The position numbers and the translations under genes were made by a program. From IMG/VR virus record IMGVR_UViG_3300047094_002559: 64,000 nt of DNA. One strand, given 5' to 3'. This document shows, in pieces, positions 44,353 through 53,922 of this stretch (position 1 is the stretch's first letter; each line of letters begins with the position of its first letter). A model generated the notes under the pieces. That model ran no database searches and was not told the origin of the DNA. It saw nothing but the letters and a program-made list of their open reading frames with translations. This stretch comes from an uncultured virus (IMG/VR IMGVR_UViG_3300047094_002559) (taxonomy: Duplodnaviria > Heunggongvirae > Uroviricota > Caudoviricetes).

Positions 44353-44629
44353 GGGCGCCTCCTCTCGGCGATGGCTCCAAAGATTTGCCGCATTTCCGGC
44401 ATTTGGTTTCGTAGGCGGCGTGTGCCCTGTTACAGCATATCGCCCGTGTCGGGCATCCGCTGATCTCACGAGTGCCGCAAAGCCATTCCTGCTTTCCTTT
44501 GCTGCTGCGATACCCCTGCCCCTGCGTGAATACTCCAGGATCAGGGCGAGGCCAGTAGCACGGGCATTTGAGGCAGCGCGAATCGGCCACGCTCACGGTT
44601 TGTCTGACATTCCTGTCGCGGACATTCAT
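44345..44629 (-). CDS. Cys-rich small protein (94 aa)
   Basis: CLKC, CG...GCP, CC and CRKCG. Confidence 0.6.
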   Translation of the reverse strand: MNVRDRNVRQTVSVADSRCLKCPCYWPRPDPGVFTQGQGYRSSKGKQEWLCGTREISGCPTRAICCNRAHAAYETKCRKCGKSLEPSPRGGAHV

Positions 44630-44642
44630 GTTACTGTGCCCG

Positions 44643-47165
44643 TCATTCTGGGATCTCGATCAGGTCACTGAAGGCGTCGATGAGCGTCGGGGAGTGGTCG
44701 CAGACGATCATCTGCAGCGTGCCCTCTTCGCCGATCTTCCGGAGCATGTCCGCCATAGCGCGTTTGGCTTCTTCGTCCAGATGCGTGGTCGGCTCGTCCA
44801 GCGACAGGAGTCCCACGTTTGGCATGATCATCGCGTGCAGCGCGCGCAGCGTAGCCACGGCCAGGCGCACCTTCTGGCCGCCTGACATGCGGCTTTGCGG
44901 CATCCAGGCCTCGTCCGCGCGGTCAGTGCGGAGGAAGTCATAGGACAGCGGCAGCTCCTCGCTCGCCGAGACCATGAAGTCCGCGCCGCTCTCCGCCAGA
45001 TAATCCCCGGCCAGTTGTGCGATCTGCCCGAACTTGTAGTTCAGGAATTCGAGGCTGGCGCCGTTCGGTCGGAACGTGTCGCGCAGCATCTCCAGATCCT
45101 TGGCGAGCGCCAGGCGCGTCTTCTGTTCCGCGGTCCGAAGGTCGAGCTCGTCGATCTTGCGGCTCGCCGCCTTCATCGACTCGTTGGCGGCGTCGTGCCG
45201 TCCGCGGGCCTCGTCGAGGGTCTGCTGCGCCTTCTCGAGTTCGGTCAGTTTGCTCTGCACCATCTGCTGCGTCAGCACCGGGGCACCGTCGCTCGGGAAG
45301 AATCCCAGCGGCACATCAGCAAGCAATTTGTGCAGGCTGTCGTGCGCGGCTTCCATGCTGCGCTGCGCGGCGTCGACTTCCGCGATCTGCTTCTGTACAG
45401 TCTCCACTGCGTCGCTGGTGCTCTTGGCTTTCTCGGCGGCGTCGTGAAGCATTGCACCGTCGATCAGCGCGCGCCACGGCGCGTCTTTCAGCGCTTGCGC
45501 CTGGCTCGCCTCTTGCGCGACCAGATTGTCGATCTCGTGCTGCGTCGGCTCCGTCTTGCCTTTGACAGCGACCCTGTAGCGGTCCACGACCTGCGTGAGA
45601 CGCGCGTGCTCGTGCGCCTTGGCGTGCCACGCCTGCAGCTTTGCCGTCGCTTCATTCAGCCCCTGCTGTGTCGTCTCCCTGGTAGTCAGCGACGTTTCAA
45701 TCTGCAGCCGCCTCCGGTCGTTCAGGTGCTTTGCCAGCGCGTCAGCCAGCGTCGCGTGCGCGCGTTGCAACGCGCCCGCATCCTTCTGCTTCGCGCGAAG
45801 AGCGTCGCCGCTGACCACCCCCTTGTCCTCGGCCTTTTTCAACTGCCCCTCGAGGTCTGTGATTTCCTTGCGCAGATGCTCTGGGTCAGGAGGCGTCGTG
45901 CCGCCACAAAGCGGACAGTGATCCGCGTGTCCCCCGCCGACTTCGAGTCCACGCAGAAGATCACGCCGCATCTGCAGAGCATTGCGAATCAGAACGTATG
46001 ACTCCCGGTTGGCGTCATACGCAGTCTGCAAGGCCGTGACGACTTCTGTGCCCGCGGTCACCTTCTCCTCTGCCTCTCTCTCGCTCGCAGTCGCGCCGGG
46101 GATGGATGTCGTCAGCGTGTCCAGGTCGTCGAACTTCTTCAGCATCGCCTCGGCGCGTTTGACGGACGACTCGGGACTGTCGCCCAGCTCTCCGGCCTCT
46201 TTCAGCTTTGCTTCCGCGTCTGCGAGTTCCGCGAACTGTTGCTTGAGCCCGCGCGCGCTGAGCAGAGCCAGGTCCGTCTTGGACTGGTCTGCGCTGGCTT
46301 GCAGATTCGCCTGCTTGCGCTGCGTCAAACTGGTCAGCTTCTTCTGCCACTCTTGTTGCTGCTGGCGCGCGTTGACGAGCCACAGGGCAGCGTCCTCGCC
46401 CGCTGGGACGTGCTGCTGCAGTTGCGTCTTGGCCGCTGTCGCGGCATCCTCCGCCGCCGCAACCGCGCTGTGTTGGGACGAAACATTGCGGACCAGCGCC
46501 AGATACTCGGCAGGCGAAGGCAACCCTTTCATCTCCGACTCGCAGGTCTCGAAGAAACGGCGGGCCTCTTCGTAGGTCGCCTGGGCGGCGTCGCGCACCG
46601 CGCCGAGATCCTGGACGCTGCTCGCGACGGTTTCCCGATGCGTCTCGATCACGTTGGCAATCTTCGCGAGGTGCCCCAGCATGAGCAGTTTGGTGTAGAA
46701 CTCCCGGCGGTCAGTCTCGAGCCCGAACATGTTGGCCATCTCGCCCTGCCGGATGAACACCGTGGAGTTGATGGCCTTTTTGTCGACGCCGAGGATGTCG
46801 AACATGATGCTGCTGACCTCTGCGTCGGACGTGATGGGCTTCTCGGCCCCGTCCCACCACAGCTTCCTGGTCACTGTCGTGCGCGTGATGCGCCGCTGGA
46901 TCTTGCCTACCTTGCCGTCCGCCACGAACTCCAGCGTCACCTCGGCCGCGGCCGGCGGATTTTCGCCGCTCGACCGGCGGATGAATGCGCGCAGCGGGTC
47001 CGGGTGGTCGATGGTGCCGGTGAGTCCGAATTGAATGGCCTGCAGCACAGTCGATTTGCCGCGCCCGTTGGGGCCGGCCAAGCCGACGACGCAGCCCTGC
47101 AGTTTGCTTTTGATCGAGTGATGCCGACCGAAGTCGGTGATCTCGATGGATGTGATTTTGATCAT
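44643..47165 (-). CDS. sbcC: SbcC/Rad50-like SMC ATPase
   Basis: GPNGRGKST, FIRQGE, coiled coil with CPLCG hook, MSGGQ and LDEPTTHLD. Confidence 0.93.
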   Translation of the reverse strand: MIKITSIEITDFGRHHSIKSKLQGCVVGLAGPNGRGKSTVLQAIQFGLTGTIDHPDPLRAFIRRSSGENPPAAAEVTLEFVADGKVGKIQRRITRTTVTRKLWWDGAEKPITSDAEVSSIMFDILGVDKKAINSTVFIRQGEMANMFGLETDRREFYTKLLMLGHLAKIANVIETHRETVASSVQDLGAVRDAAQATYEEARRFFETCESEMKGLPSPAEYLALVRNVSSQHSAVAAAEDAATAAKTQLQQHVPAGEDAALWLVNARQQQQEWQKKLTSLTQRKQANLQASADQSKTDLALLSARGLKQQFAELADAEAKLKEAGELGDSPESSVKRAEAMLKKFDDLDTLTTSIPGATASEREAEEKVTAGTEVVTALQTAYDANRESYVLIRNALQMRRDLLRGLEVGGGHADHCPLCGGTTPPDPEHLRKEITDLEGQLKKAEDKGVVSGDALRAKQKDAGALQRAHATLADALAKHLNDRRRLQIETSLTTRETTQQGLNEATAKLQAWHAKAHEHARLTQVVDRYRVAVKGKTEPTQHEIDNLVAQEASQAQALKDAPWRALIDGAMLHDAAEKAKSTSDAVETVQKQIAEVDAAQRSMEAAHDSLHKLLADVPLGFFPSDGAPVLTQQMVQSKLTELEKAQQTLDEARGRHDAANESMKAASRKIDELDLRTAEQKTRLALAKDLEMLRDTFRPNGASLEFLNYKFGQIAQLAGDYLAESGADFMVSASEELPLSYDFLRTDRADEAWMPQSRMSGGQKVRLAVATLRALHAMIMPNVGLLSLDEPTTHLDEEAKRAMADMLRKIGEEGTLQMIVCDHSPTLIDAFSDLIEIPE

Positions 47166-47178
47166 GTAATGAGTATGG

Positions 47179-47739
47179 CTAGAAAGGACAATTTGGGTCG
47201 TCCGGGATGGTGTATTCGCCGCTGTCCTTTTCATCTAAGACGTCGGACTCCTCTCGGTTGTCCATCGCCAGGTATTTCGCATTCCTCTCCTGGATGTCGT
47301 CGCGTTTGCGTTCCAGCATGTGCTGCACGTGCTCTGGCAGGTAGCGCTCCTGATGCGATTTCCATGAGTTCAGCTCCACCGTCACCACGCGCATGTTGCC
47401 CTCCTCGTAGCCGAGCGTCGGATTCACGCGGTCGATCGTCAGCACCGAATCGTCGCCCTCTTTTTTGGAATACAGACCGAAGGCGTCCACCAACCCTCGC
47501 CAGTAGTCCAGCGTGATCCTGAACGGTATTTTCCGCTCGGCCGCGTGGTCACGCAGCGTGCAGTAGTCCGCGGTTTTCTTCTGCTGCGCACGCCAACGCC
47601 GCATCTCGTGCATGTGACACAGACACCGATCGTCCCGCGACGCGCGCCGGCAGCCTTTTACCCAGCACAGTCCGTCGCCGGAATTCCCCTTGAACTCGAA
47701 GAATCCTTCGGCAAGCAGAGCTGCGCTGGGTTTCGGCAT
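47179..47739 (-). CDS. HNH-like (His-Me finger) putative homing endonuclease between sbcD and sbcC
   Basis: LTIDRVNPTLGYEEGNMRVV...N..K. Confidence 0.7.
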   Translation of the reverse strand: MPKPSAALLAEGFFEFKGNSGDGLCWVKGCRRASRDDRCLCHMHEMRRWRAQQKKTADYCTLRDHAAERKIPFRITLDYWRGLVDAFGLYSKKEGDDSVLTIDRVNPTLGYEEGNMRVVTVELNSWKSHQERYLPEHVQHMLERKRDDIQERNAKYLAMDNREESDVLDEKDSGEYTIPDDPNCPF

Positions 47740-47745
47740 GTCAGC

Positions 47746-48954
47746 CTATTCTTCATTTTCCCTGACGTCTGCTGCGACTAGGCGAGCCTCGATCAGATCT
47801 GCCACGATATTGCTGGCGTCGCTCTCGCCCCGGTGCAGGAGATCCAGCGCCGTCTTCTGCAGGTCTTCCCGGTCCTTGAATCGCTGACTCACGAAGTATT
47901 CCATCGTGAACTCCTTCTCGGAGTCCGGTGAATCTTTGACTCTCGCCGGATGCGCCTGCGTGTTGGGCAGCGGGTAGCACCGTATGACCGCGCGCTGGGC
48001 GTCCAGCATCGAGTGCAGCCGGTTGATCGTCTGCGGAAACTGCCGGTCGAACTGCACGACCGCCACAGGATGCTGCGCGGCCACCGGCTCGATACGCAGC
48101 ATGAGCGCGTCGAGGTCCTCGGCGGTGCGCACCTCCGCGTTGATGAACGGACGGGTGTGAATCGGAATCGTCTCCTTCAGGACAGCGCCCTCGGCGGTCA
48201 GCCGGATGATCGGCACAGACTTGCCGATCGGCTCGCCGGCGTTGCACATCTCGGTCGACCCCGGGTAACCGATCAGGCACTTGCCTCCGCCGGGACGGTC
48301 CAGCTGCTGGAACCCCTGCAGGTGGATGTCGCCGAGCAGCCAGGCCTTGTTGTGCTTCGAGATTGGCAGCTCGGATACGTGCAGCGGGTCCGGTGTGTGA
48401 ATCGGAAACTTCACCACTCCGTCGATGAGTCCGTGGAACAGCACGACATCTGCCTGCCGCGCCCGCACGGTGATGTTCGCCAAGTCGCCGCGGAAGCTGG
48501 CTGCGGTGTGCGGCGTGAGCCCCACGATGCGGTAGCCACGGAAGACGACGCTGGAGTCGTCCAACGGCACGATGCCTGTCTCACCTTCAAATAGCGTCTC
48601 GGTGTCGTCGTCCGTCAGATTTAACGCGCGCCCCGGAAACAGCGTCTGCAGCCACGTGGGCGTGCTCCAGTCGTGGTTGCCGGTGATGGTGAATGCCACC
48701 TTCCCGGCGCTCCGGATCATCTGGTCGATGTGCATCAGCTGCCCGATTACCTGCGGGCTCGGCCGCGGGCGGTCGAAGATGTCGCCGGTGATGCAGATGA
48801 TGTCCGCGTGCTTCAGCGCCGCCTCGACTGCATTACGGAAGCCGTCGTAGAAGTCCTGGCCCCGACGGGCAGCCGCGTATTGTGAGTCTCGCAGGTGGGT
48901 GTCACCGATAAGTGCGATCAGAAGATCGCTGTTTGGGGTCGCATTTTTTGCCAT
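47746..48954 (-). CDS. sbcD: SbcD/Mre11-like metallophosphoesterase nuclease
   Basis: GDTHL, TGDIFD, GNHD, LFH, LGDIH and YPGS. Confidence 0.92.
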   Translation of the reverse strand: MAKNATPNSDLLIALIGDTHLRDSQYAAARRGQDFYDGFRNAVEAALKHADIICITGDIFDRPRPSPQVIGQLMHIDQMIRSAGKVAFTITGNHDWSTPTWLQTLFPGRALNLTDDDTETLFEGETGIVPLDDSSVVFRGYRIVGLTPHTAASFRGDLANITVRARQADVVLFHGLIDGVVKFPIHTPDPLHVSELPISKHNKAWLLGDIHLQGFQQLDRPGGGKCLIGYPGSTEMCNAGEPIGKSVPIIRLTAEGAVLKETIPIHTRPFINAEVRTAEDLDALMLRIEPVAAQHPVAVVQFDRQFPQTINRLHSMLDAQRAVIRCYPLPNTQAHPARVKDSPDSEKEFTMEYFVSQRFKDREDLQKTALDLLHRGESDASNIVADLIEARLVAADVRENEE

Positions 48955-49685
48955 TTTTCAGTAGGGTAAATTTTGGAAGCCGCTTCAGCCAATTCTTCGC
49001 GAGCCCCCTTGAGGAGAGCGCGCGCCGCGCCTGCGAGTGCATCACAAATCGCCTGCCCGTCCACGACATTACGCGGGCGGCACATGGGCGTGATGCAAAC
49101 GTGCTTGGCCATGAACGACCAACGCATCCACAGATCACGCTCCTTCAGCCGGGACATCAGCGGGTCGCCATCCTCGTTGTAGAGGAACGCGTGGGCGAGA
49201 CTGCTGCGATCGGTGTACCAGAGAATCGAGACCCGGTCAGGTCCCGTGAATTGGTTCAGGATTCCCTCGGTGCCGATTTTGTAAAGCTCCGCGGAGTCAG
49301 TCGTCTGCTCCTGAAGCTCCCGCCCGCGCTCTGTCAGGATGGAGTGCACGCCATCCAGCAGGGCGCTGAACTCCGATCGGCTGACCGTGGACCCATAGGT
49401 GCCAGCGACGTAGCAACCGCGCGACACCGGCGCCCTGACCTCGCCGATCAGATCGATACGCTCCCAGACGGCCGCGTAGCCGCCCCATCCCTCGGTGCAG
49501 CCGGAGCCGTCGGTGTAGAGGACGCAGTCGTGCTCGTAAGGATCCGGGGCGACATCTTCGAGCCACTCGAACACGTCGGCGTAGCGCTCCTTGATCAGCT
49601 CACCGTCGACGGTCAGGTTATCCCACCAGGACGTCTCTTTTCGCCACTTGTGTTTGTTCCAGGTGTCACGGTTGTGGTGAGTCAT
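48918..49685 (-). CDS. RNase H-like protein
   Basis: LYTDGS..GGYAA, SRSE..ALL, YTD and CDALA catalytic pattern. Confidence 0.8.
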   Translation of the reverse strand: MTHHNRDTWNKHKWRKETSWWDNLTVDGELIKERYADVFEWLEDVAPDPYEHDCVLYTDGSGCTEGWGGYAAVWERIDLIGEVRAPVSRGCYVAGTYGSTVSRSEFSALLDGVHSILTERGRELQEQTTDSAELYKIGTEGILNQFTGPDRVSILWYTDRSSLAHAFLYNEDGDPLMSRLKERDLWMRWSFMAKHVCITPMCRPRNVVDGQAICDALAGAARALLKGAREELAEAASKIYPTEKWQKMRPQTAIF

Positions 49686-50274
49686 CGTCGTCCGCTTCTG
49701 GAGTCCTCACGTTTCCGGCCGTCTCCTTTTCGTGCTGCTGCGCCGCGTCCAGAACGCTGCCGTTCGCGTCCTCTCCTTGTGGTAATTTCGGCACGGCGGG
49801 TGCGGTGGTCTCGACCGCCGTGATCAGGCGCCGGCTGGCAATTCGCTTCAGAGAGCCGACGTTCTGATGTTCCGCTTCTTCCATGAACGCAGCGATGAGA
49901 GGGCCGGCCATCTTGTCCGCCACCTCCTGCTGAATCTGCGCTTGAGCATGCGGTCGCATCTTGTCGCTCAGCATACCGGGCATGGATGATGTGCCAGTGA
50001 CCTGCGTGAACGGCTGGTCGGCCCCGCGCACAATGCGGATGTCCCAGTAGATGCGGATGTCGCTGTCGTTGACCCCGACGACGCCCGAGTGGAAATCGAT
50101 CAGCGGACGTTCGCGGTCCAGCAGCCTGGCGTTGAGTTCGTTGGCCTCCTGGATGGCCTTGACCGCGCTCTGCAGTGCGGCCAAGACATCGACGGACGGC
50201 GCGTCAGGCGTTGAATTTCGCCCGGATTTCTTCTGCTTCGCTTTCGACTGGTTCGGTGGGTGGTGATTGCTCAT
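49666..50274 (-). CDS. Hypothetical protein (MSNHHPP...)
   Basis: ORF; first gene of the leftward block. Confidence 0.7.
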   Translation of the reverse strand: MSNHHPPNQSKAKQKKSGRNSTPDAPSVDVLAALQSAVKAIQEANELNARLLDRERPLIDFHSGVVGVNDSDIRIYWDIRIVRGADQPFTQVTGTSSMPGMLSDKMRPHAQAQIQQEVADKMAGPLIAAFMEEAEHQNVGSLKRIASRRLITAVETTAPAVPKLPQGEDANGSVLDAAQQHEKETAGNVRTPEADDDDSPQP

Positions 50275-50396
50275 TTTGAATATCGCGTAGTTTCTCGCCT
50301 TGCTCACGCGTCCAGATCAAATAGAGTGACGTGCGTGCTTTTCCGAACCTGTCCGCACGTTCGTTTTCCAACAACACCGTCGATTTTGATTGAGCC

Positions 50397-50831
50397 ATGT
50401 TAGCGCAAGGTGAATTTATTTATGATTTGATGAACGCCTTGAGGAGAGACCCTCAGCGGGCGGCAAAGGTGTCCGCCGCTCTGCAGCGCATGGACACGGT
50501 AACGGCGGCCGTGGCGGATGGCAAGGCCACACGCAGCGACATCGCCAAGATCGAGGCTGAGATCGTCCCGCTGTGCGGTTTCAACTTCGGCCTTCTCATT
50601 CCTCGATTCTTCCCGCGTTACCCATTCGAGAAGCCGCTCGACCTGAGCGCGCGCCCGTTCATGTATGCCATGACCGCGCTGGCGCCGGGCAGCGTCGTCA
50701 CCCTAAAGGCTGGACGTCAGGTCGGGAAATGCGCCGACGGCGACACCACGGTCGTCACCGACCGCGGCGTCGCCACGTTGCACGACATCTTCGCGGAGGG
50801 GATCCCAGTTCAGGCCAGCATCGTGCGATAG
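50397..50831 (+). CDS. terL: Terminase large subunit N-terminal part + 33-aa N-intein
   Basis: RPFM...LKAGRQVGK (Walker A up to Lys), then CADGDTTVVT (intein block A) and a stop. Confidence 0.85.
   Translation: MLAQGEFIYDLMNALRRDPQRAAKVSAALQRMDTVTAAVADGKATRSDIAKIEAEIVPLCGFNFGLLIPRFFPRYPFEKPLDLSARPFMYAMTALAPGSVVTLKAGRQVGKCADGDTTVVTDRGVATLHDIFAEGIPVQASIVR
50730..50828 (+). mobile_element. Split intein N-fragment (33 aa)
   Basis: CADGDTTVVTDRGVATLHDIFAEGIPVQASIVR*. Confidence 0.8.
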
Positions 50832-51772
50832 CTGCGAATGGCTTCTGCTCCGTGGATCTCGACGTATGACGGGTCGAACACTTCCGCCTCCGCAGGCGTG
50901 TAGATCAGCCCGTCCTTCAGCTTGTCGATCAGGTGCTGCGAGAACCGGTAGCGGACGCCGGGCGAAGCGAGCATCCACTTCGACTGCAGCGTGAGGATCA
51001 TCTCGCCGGACATCCCGGCTGCGAATCCGCAATCCCGCAGCAGATCGGTGATGTAGTTTTCCCGGATGCGCGCGAAACGATCCGCCAGCGTCTCGAAGTG
51101 GTGTCTGGCGCTCAGCGGCCAGCTTTTCTTCAGCCACTTGTGGCGCTCGAGGTAGATGTCCTGCATGCTCGGGGACAGGGCGCTCACGTCGGCGTAGAGG
51201 CAGGACACTCCGCAGGTCCACATCTTGTGCTCGCCGACGTAGAACTGATCAAGGTCCGCCTTGCCCGATTCCATGATCATGCGGCGGCAGAGCATGCCGA
51301 AGTTGGAATGATCCGCGGCGCTGGCTCCGGCGTGATCCTCCGCGCACGCCAGCAGCGACAGCTGCGGTTGACGCAGCGCGGTCCGCATCTGCTGCAGCAG
51401 GATGCTACGGTCAATCTGCAGCGCCGTTGCGTCCGGGCCCGTATATGGGTATTCCGGCTTCGGCAACTTCTTGCTCAGCTTTCCGGCTGCGTCATACATC
51501 TCGACGATCCGCTCGTCGCGACGCAGGAAGAACGCATCGCTCTCGTCTTTCCTCGCTGCCTTGCGCATCCATATTTCGGCGTCTTCGACGTCGATTCGGT
51601 AGATGGTGATGTCCGGCCTGCCCGGGTCGTTGCTGGCGGCCTGGACGCTGACGAGTCCTGCGAGGAACGGGGATGGACGCGGAGTCCATTGCTGCTTTTT
51701 TGGTAGTTTCTGAGTGGTGTTCAAATGGTTGAGTTGTGGACGACCATACAGCGTGGAGACGGCGGACGGCAA
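50810..51772 (-). CDS. Hypothetical protein lying inverted between the two terminase halves
   Basis: 320-aa ORF with typical codon usage; start uncertain (TTG); no nuclease motif recognised. Confidence 0.7.
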   Translation of the reverse strand: MPSAVSTLYGRPQLNHLNTTQKLPKKQQWTPRPSPFLAGLVSVQAASNDPGRPDITIYRIDVEDAEIWMRKAARKDESDAFFLRRDERIVEMYDAAGKLSKKLPKPEYPYTGPDATALQIDRSILLQQMRTALRQPQLSLLACAEDHAGASAADHSNFGMLCRRMIMESGKADLDQFYVGEHKMWTCGVSCLYADVSALSPSMQDIYLERHKWLKKSWPLSARHHFETLADRFARIRENYITDLLRDCGFAAGMSGEMILTLQSKWMLASPGVRYRFSQHLIDKLKDGLIYTPAEAEVFDPSYVEIHGAEAIRSYRTMLA

Positions 51773-51910
51773 GTCCGTGGATGTCTTCGCTGCCCCTTCG
51801 TCCGTAATGGGGAATAATGCGCGCGGTCGTTCCGTGCCGACCGTGTTCCTGCGCCTGTTCAGGTGAGCCCCCGCCGCTTGCGCTTGCGGGGATCTTCATC
51901 TTGACGCTAT

Positions 51911-52297
51911 TTGCGATGCGCCTACGATGCCAAACATCGCGTGCTGTTGGAAACCGAAATAGCTGAGGAAAGATCCGTGGAGCATCTCGACTTAAAAGTC
52001 GCTGCTCCGGGTGGTGCTTTTGTGCGTGTCACCCACGTCTGCCGAACCGTGCCGATGCCGGTGTGGCGAATCCTGACGCGAGATTTCGCGTTGGAGTGCG
52101 CCGGCAAGCATTTGGTAAGGAGACTCAGTGGATATGGGCAGGTGGATCAATGCCTGCCCGGTGACTTCATACTGACTCAAGACGGCTGGCAGCCCGTCAC
52201 TGCATGTGCGCCGGTGGGTGAGGAACGCGAGATGTTCGACCTCCGTGTGGAGGGCGAGGATCACGCATACTTCACCTCCGGGATTGCCAGCCACAAT
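51911..52297 (+). mobile_element. Split intein C-fragment (~119-129 aa, no endonuclease)
   Basis: Block B LECAGKHLV; block F MFDLRV; block G ASHN followed by +1 Ser. Confidence 0.85.
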
Positions 52298-53857
52298 TCC
52301 ACGGGCCTCGGGGCCGCTGAGCTGTTCAAGCTCAGCGTGGTTCCAAATTACCGCTCCATCTACCTGACCCCGCTGAGGGAGCAGAGCAAGACGATGGCGG
52401 ACAAGCTGCTCAACATGCAGCGCGGCTCGATCTGTCCCCCGGCGTATTTCACCTCCCGCGGCTACCGCAACAACATGTATTACAAGGAGTCGCCACAGGG
52501 AGGCTCGCTGAAGCTGATGCACATCCTGACGGACCCGACAAAGATCCGCGGCGAAAGCGTGCCCACCATCATCATCGATGAGAGCCAGGATTTCGACGCC
52601 GAGCATCTGCCGGAAATCGAGCAGGTTCAAAAAGCCTTTCCCGACGATCGTCTGACCGTGTTCGCCGGCACGTCGAAGCATCTCGATACCTGCCTGGAGG
52701 CTCAATACAACCTGGGCAGTCGCGGCGTGTGGCACGTGTATTGTCCGTGTCCGAAGAAGTTCCACTCGCTTGGCGACGCAGAGCTCGTGCCGAAAATGAT
52801 GGCCTCCGTGGAAGGCCTGCGCTGCCCGGACAACAAGCACATCAAGCTCAACCCCCTGATGGGGGAGTTCGTCCACGAAGACCGGTCTCGGCTGCGCGTC
52901 AACATGCCCAGCTTCCATCTGCCGCAGGTGATCGTGCCGGAGTATGCCCTCGGAAAGGGCTTCATGGACATCTGGAAGGACTACAAAAAGTATCCTCTCA
53001 AGAAGTTCCTGCAGGAGGTCTGGGGTATCGCAGTCGAGTCCGGGCTGACCGAACTCAACGAGGAAGATTTGAAGCGGTGCTGCACCACCAAGACGTTCGC
53101 GCAGACGCAGGAGGACTGCCTCGCCGGACGTTCGCGCTACATGTATCTGTTCTCCGGCGTGGACTGGGGCGGCTCGGACTGGGAGCCGGCGTATCGCAGC
53201 AAACTCTCCTACACGGTGCATACGATTTACGGGATGCGCGGCGACGGGAAGATGGACCTAGTCTACGCCTTCCGCTACTCCGGCATGAACTACCGCGAGA
53301 TCGCACAGAACATCGTCGAGCAGCACAACAAGTATAAGAGCTTCGCGATGGGCACCGACAACGGCGGCGGCGCTTACTACAACGCCTACATGCGGGACTG
53401 CGGACGCATCCGGACGGAATCGATCATTCACTTTCAGTATACCGACACCAAGCTGATGCTGGACCGCATCAAGCACCCGGAGGCGCACATCATGTCGCTG
53501 CACCGGTCGGACTCCCTCTCGGCTCTGCTTGCCGACATCAAGGACCAGAACATCTCATGGCCACGCTGGGACGAGTCCAGCCCATTCGTGTTGGACTGCC
53601 TGAACATCCGGAGAAACATAGCCGAAGCGCCGTCCGGTCGCACCATCATGCGCTACATCAAGGCTGGGGCGCGGTCGGATGACTTCCTGCAGTCTACCAA
53701 CTACGCGTGCATGATGAAGCGCATCGTGCGCAACGAATCGCTCATCCCGAACAAGCAGATCATGGACGAGCTGCGGACGTTGTTCGGTCTGTCCATCCCG
53801 ACCGATCTGGCGTCGCGGATGGGCGACATGTTCGAGGGCGGCTACGTGGGCGGGTAA
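51911..53857 (+). CDS. terL: C-intein + terminase large subunit C-terminal part (ATPase and nuclease)
   Basis: ...FDLRV...YFTSGIASHN|STG; RGES, IIIDESQD, GTSK, zinc-like CxC..C, SGVDWGG and DDFLQS; start may be GTG 51941. Confidence 0.88.
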   Translation: MRCAYDAKHRVLLETEIAEERSVEHLDLKVAAPGGAFVRVTHVCRTVPMPVWRILTRDFALECAGKHLVRRLSGYGQVDQCLPGDFILTQDGWQPVTACAPVGEEREMFDLRVEGEDHAYFTSGIASHNSTGLGAAELFKLSVVPNYRSIYLTPLREQSKTMADKLLNMQRGSICPPAYFTSRGYRNNMYYKESPQGGSLKLMHILTDPTKIRGESVPTIIIDESQDFDAEHLPEIEQVQKAFPDDRLTVFAGTSKHLDTCLEAQYNLGSRGVWHVYCPCPKKFHSLGDAELVPKMMASVEGLRCPDNKHIKLNPLMGEFVHEDRSRLRVNMPSFHLPQVIVPEYALGKGFMDIWKDYKKYPLKKFLQEVWGIAVESGLTELNEEDLKRCCTTKTFAQTQEDCLAGRSRYMYLFSGVDWGGSDWEPAYRSKLSYTVHTIYGMRGDGKMDLVYAFRYSGMNYREIAQNIVEQHNKYKSFAMGTDNGGGAYYNAYMRDCGRIRTESIIHFQYTDTKLMLDRIKHPEAHIMSLHRSDSLSALLADIKDQNISWPRWDESSPFVLDCLNIRRNIAEAPSGRTIMRYIKAGARSDDFLQSTNYACMMKRIVRNESLIPNKQIMDELRTLFGLSIPTDLASRMGDMFEGGYVGG

Positions 53858-53867
53858 TTTCTGTAGT

Positions 53868-53909
53868 AGGTAAAGAAGACGCCGGCGCGGCCCCACCTGG
53901 GGCCGCGCC
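53868..53909 (-). terminator. Hairpin + TTTACCT terminator-like element
   Basis: GGCGCGGCCCC/GGGGCCGCGCC stem, then GGCGTCTTCTTTACCT; between convergent genes. Confidence 0.75.
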
Positions 53910-53922
53910 ATGCGCAGACGAC

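Noticed and set aside
51710..51722. 13-nt match (CTGAGTGGTGTTC) to the 5' end of the candidate ncRNA, which would be antisense to the 50810..51772 mRNA
   Set aside because: A single 13-mer match within 64 kb can arise by chance; no further support seen.
50831..51911. Group I/II intron explaining the terminase break
   Set aside because: Both flanks carry protein-splicing motifs and no intron core or RT/maturase ORF was recognised.
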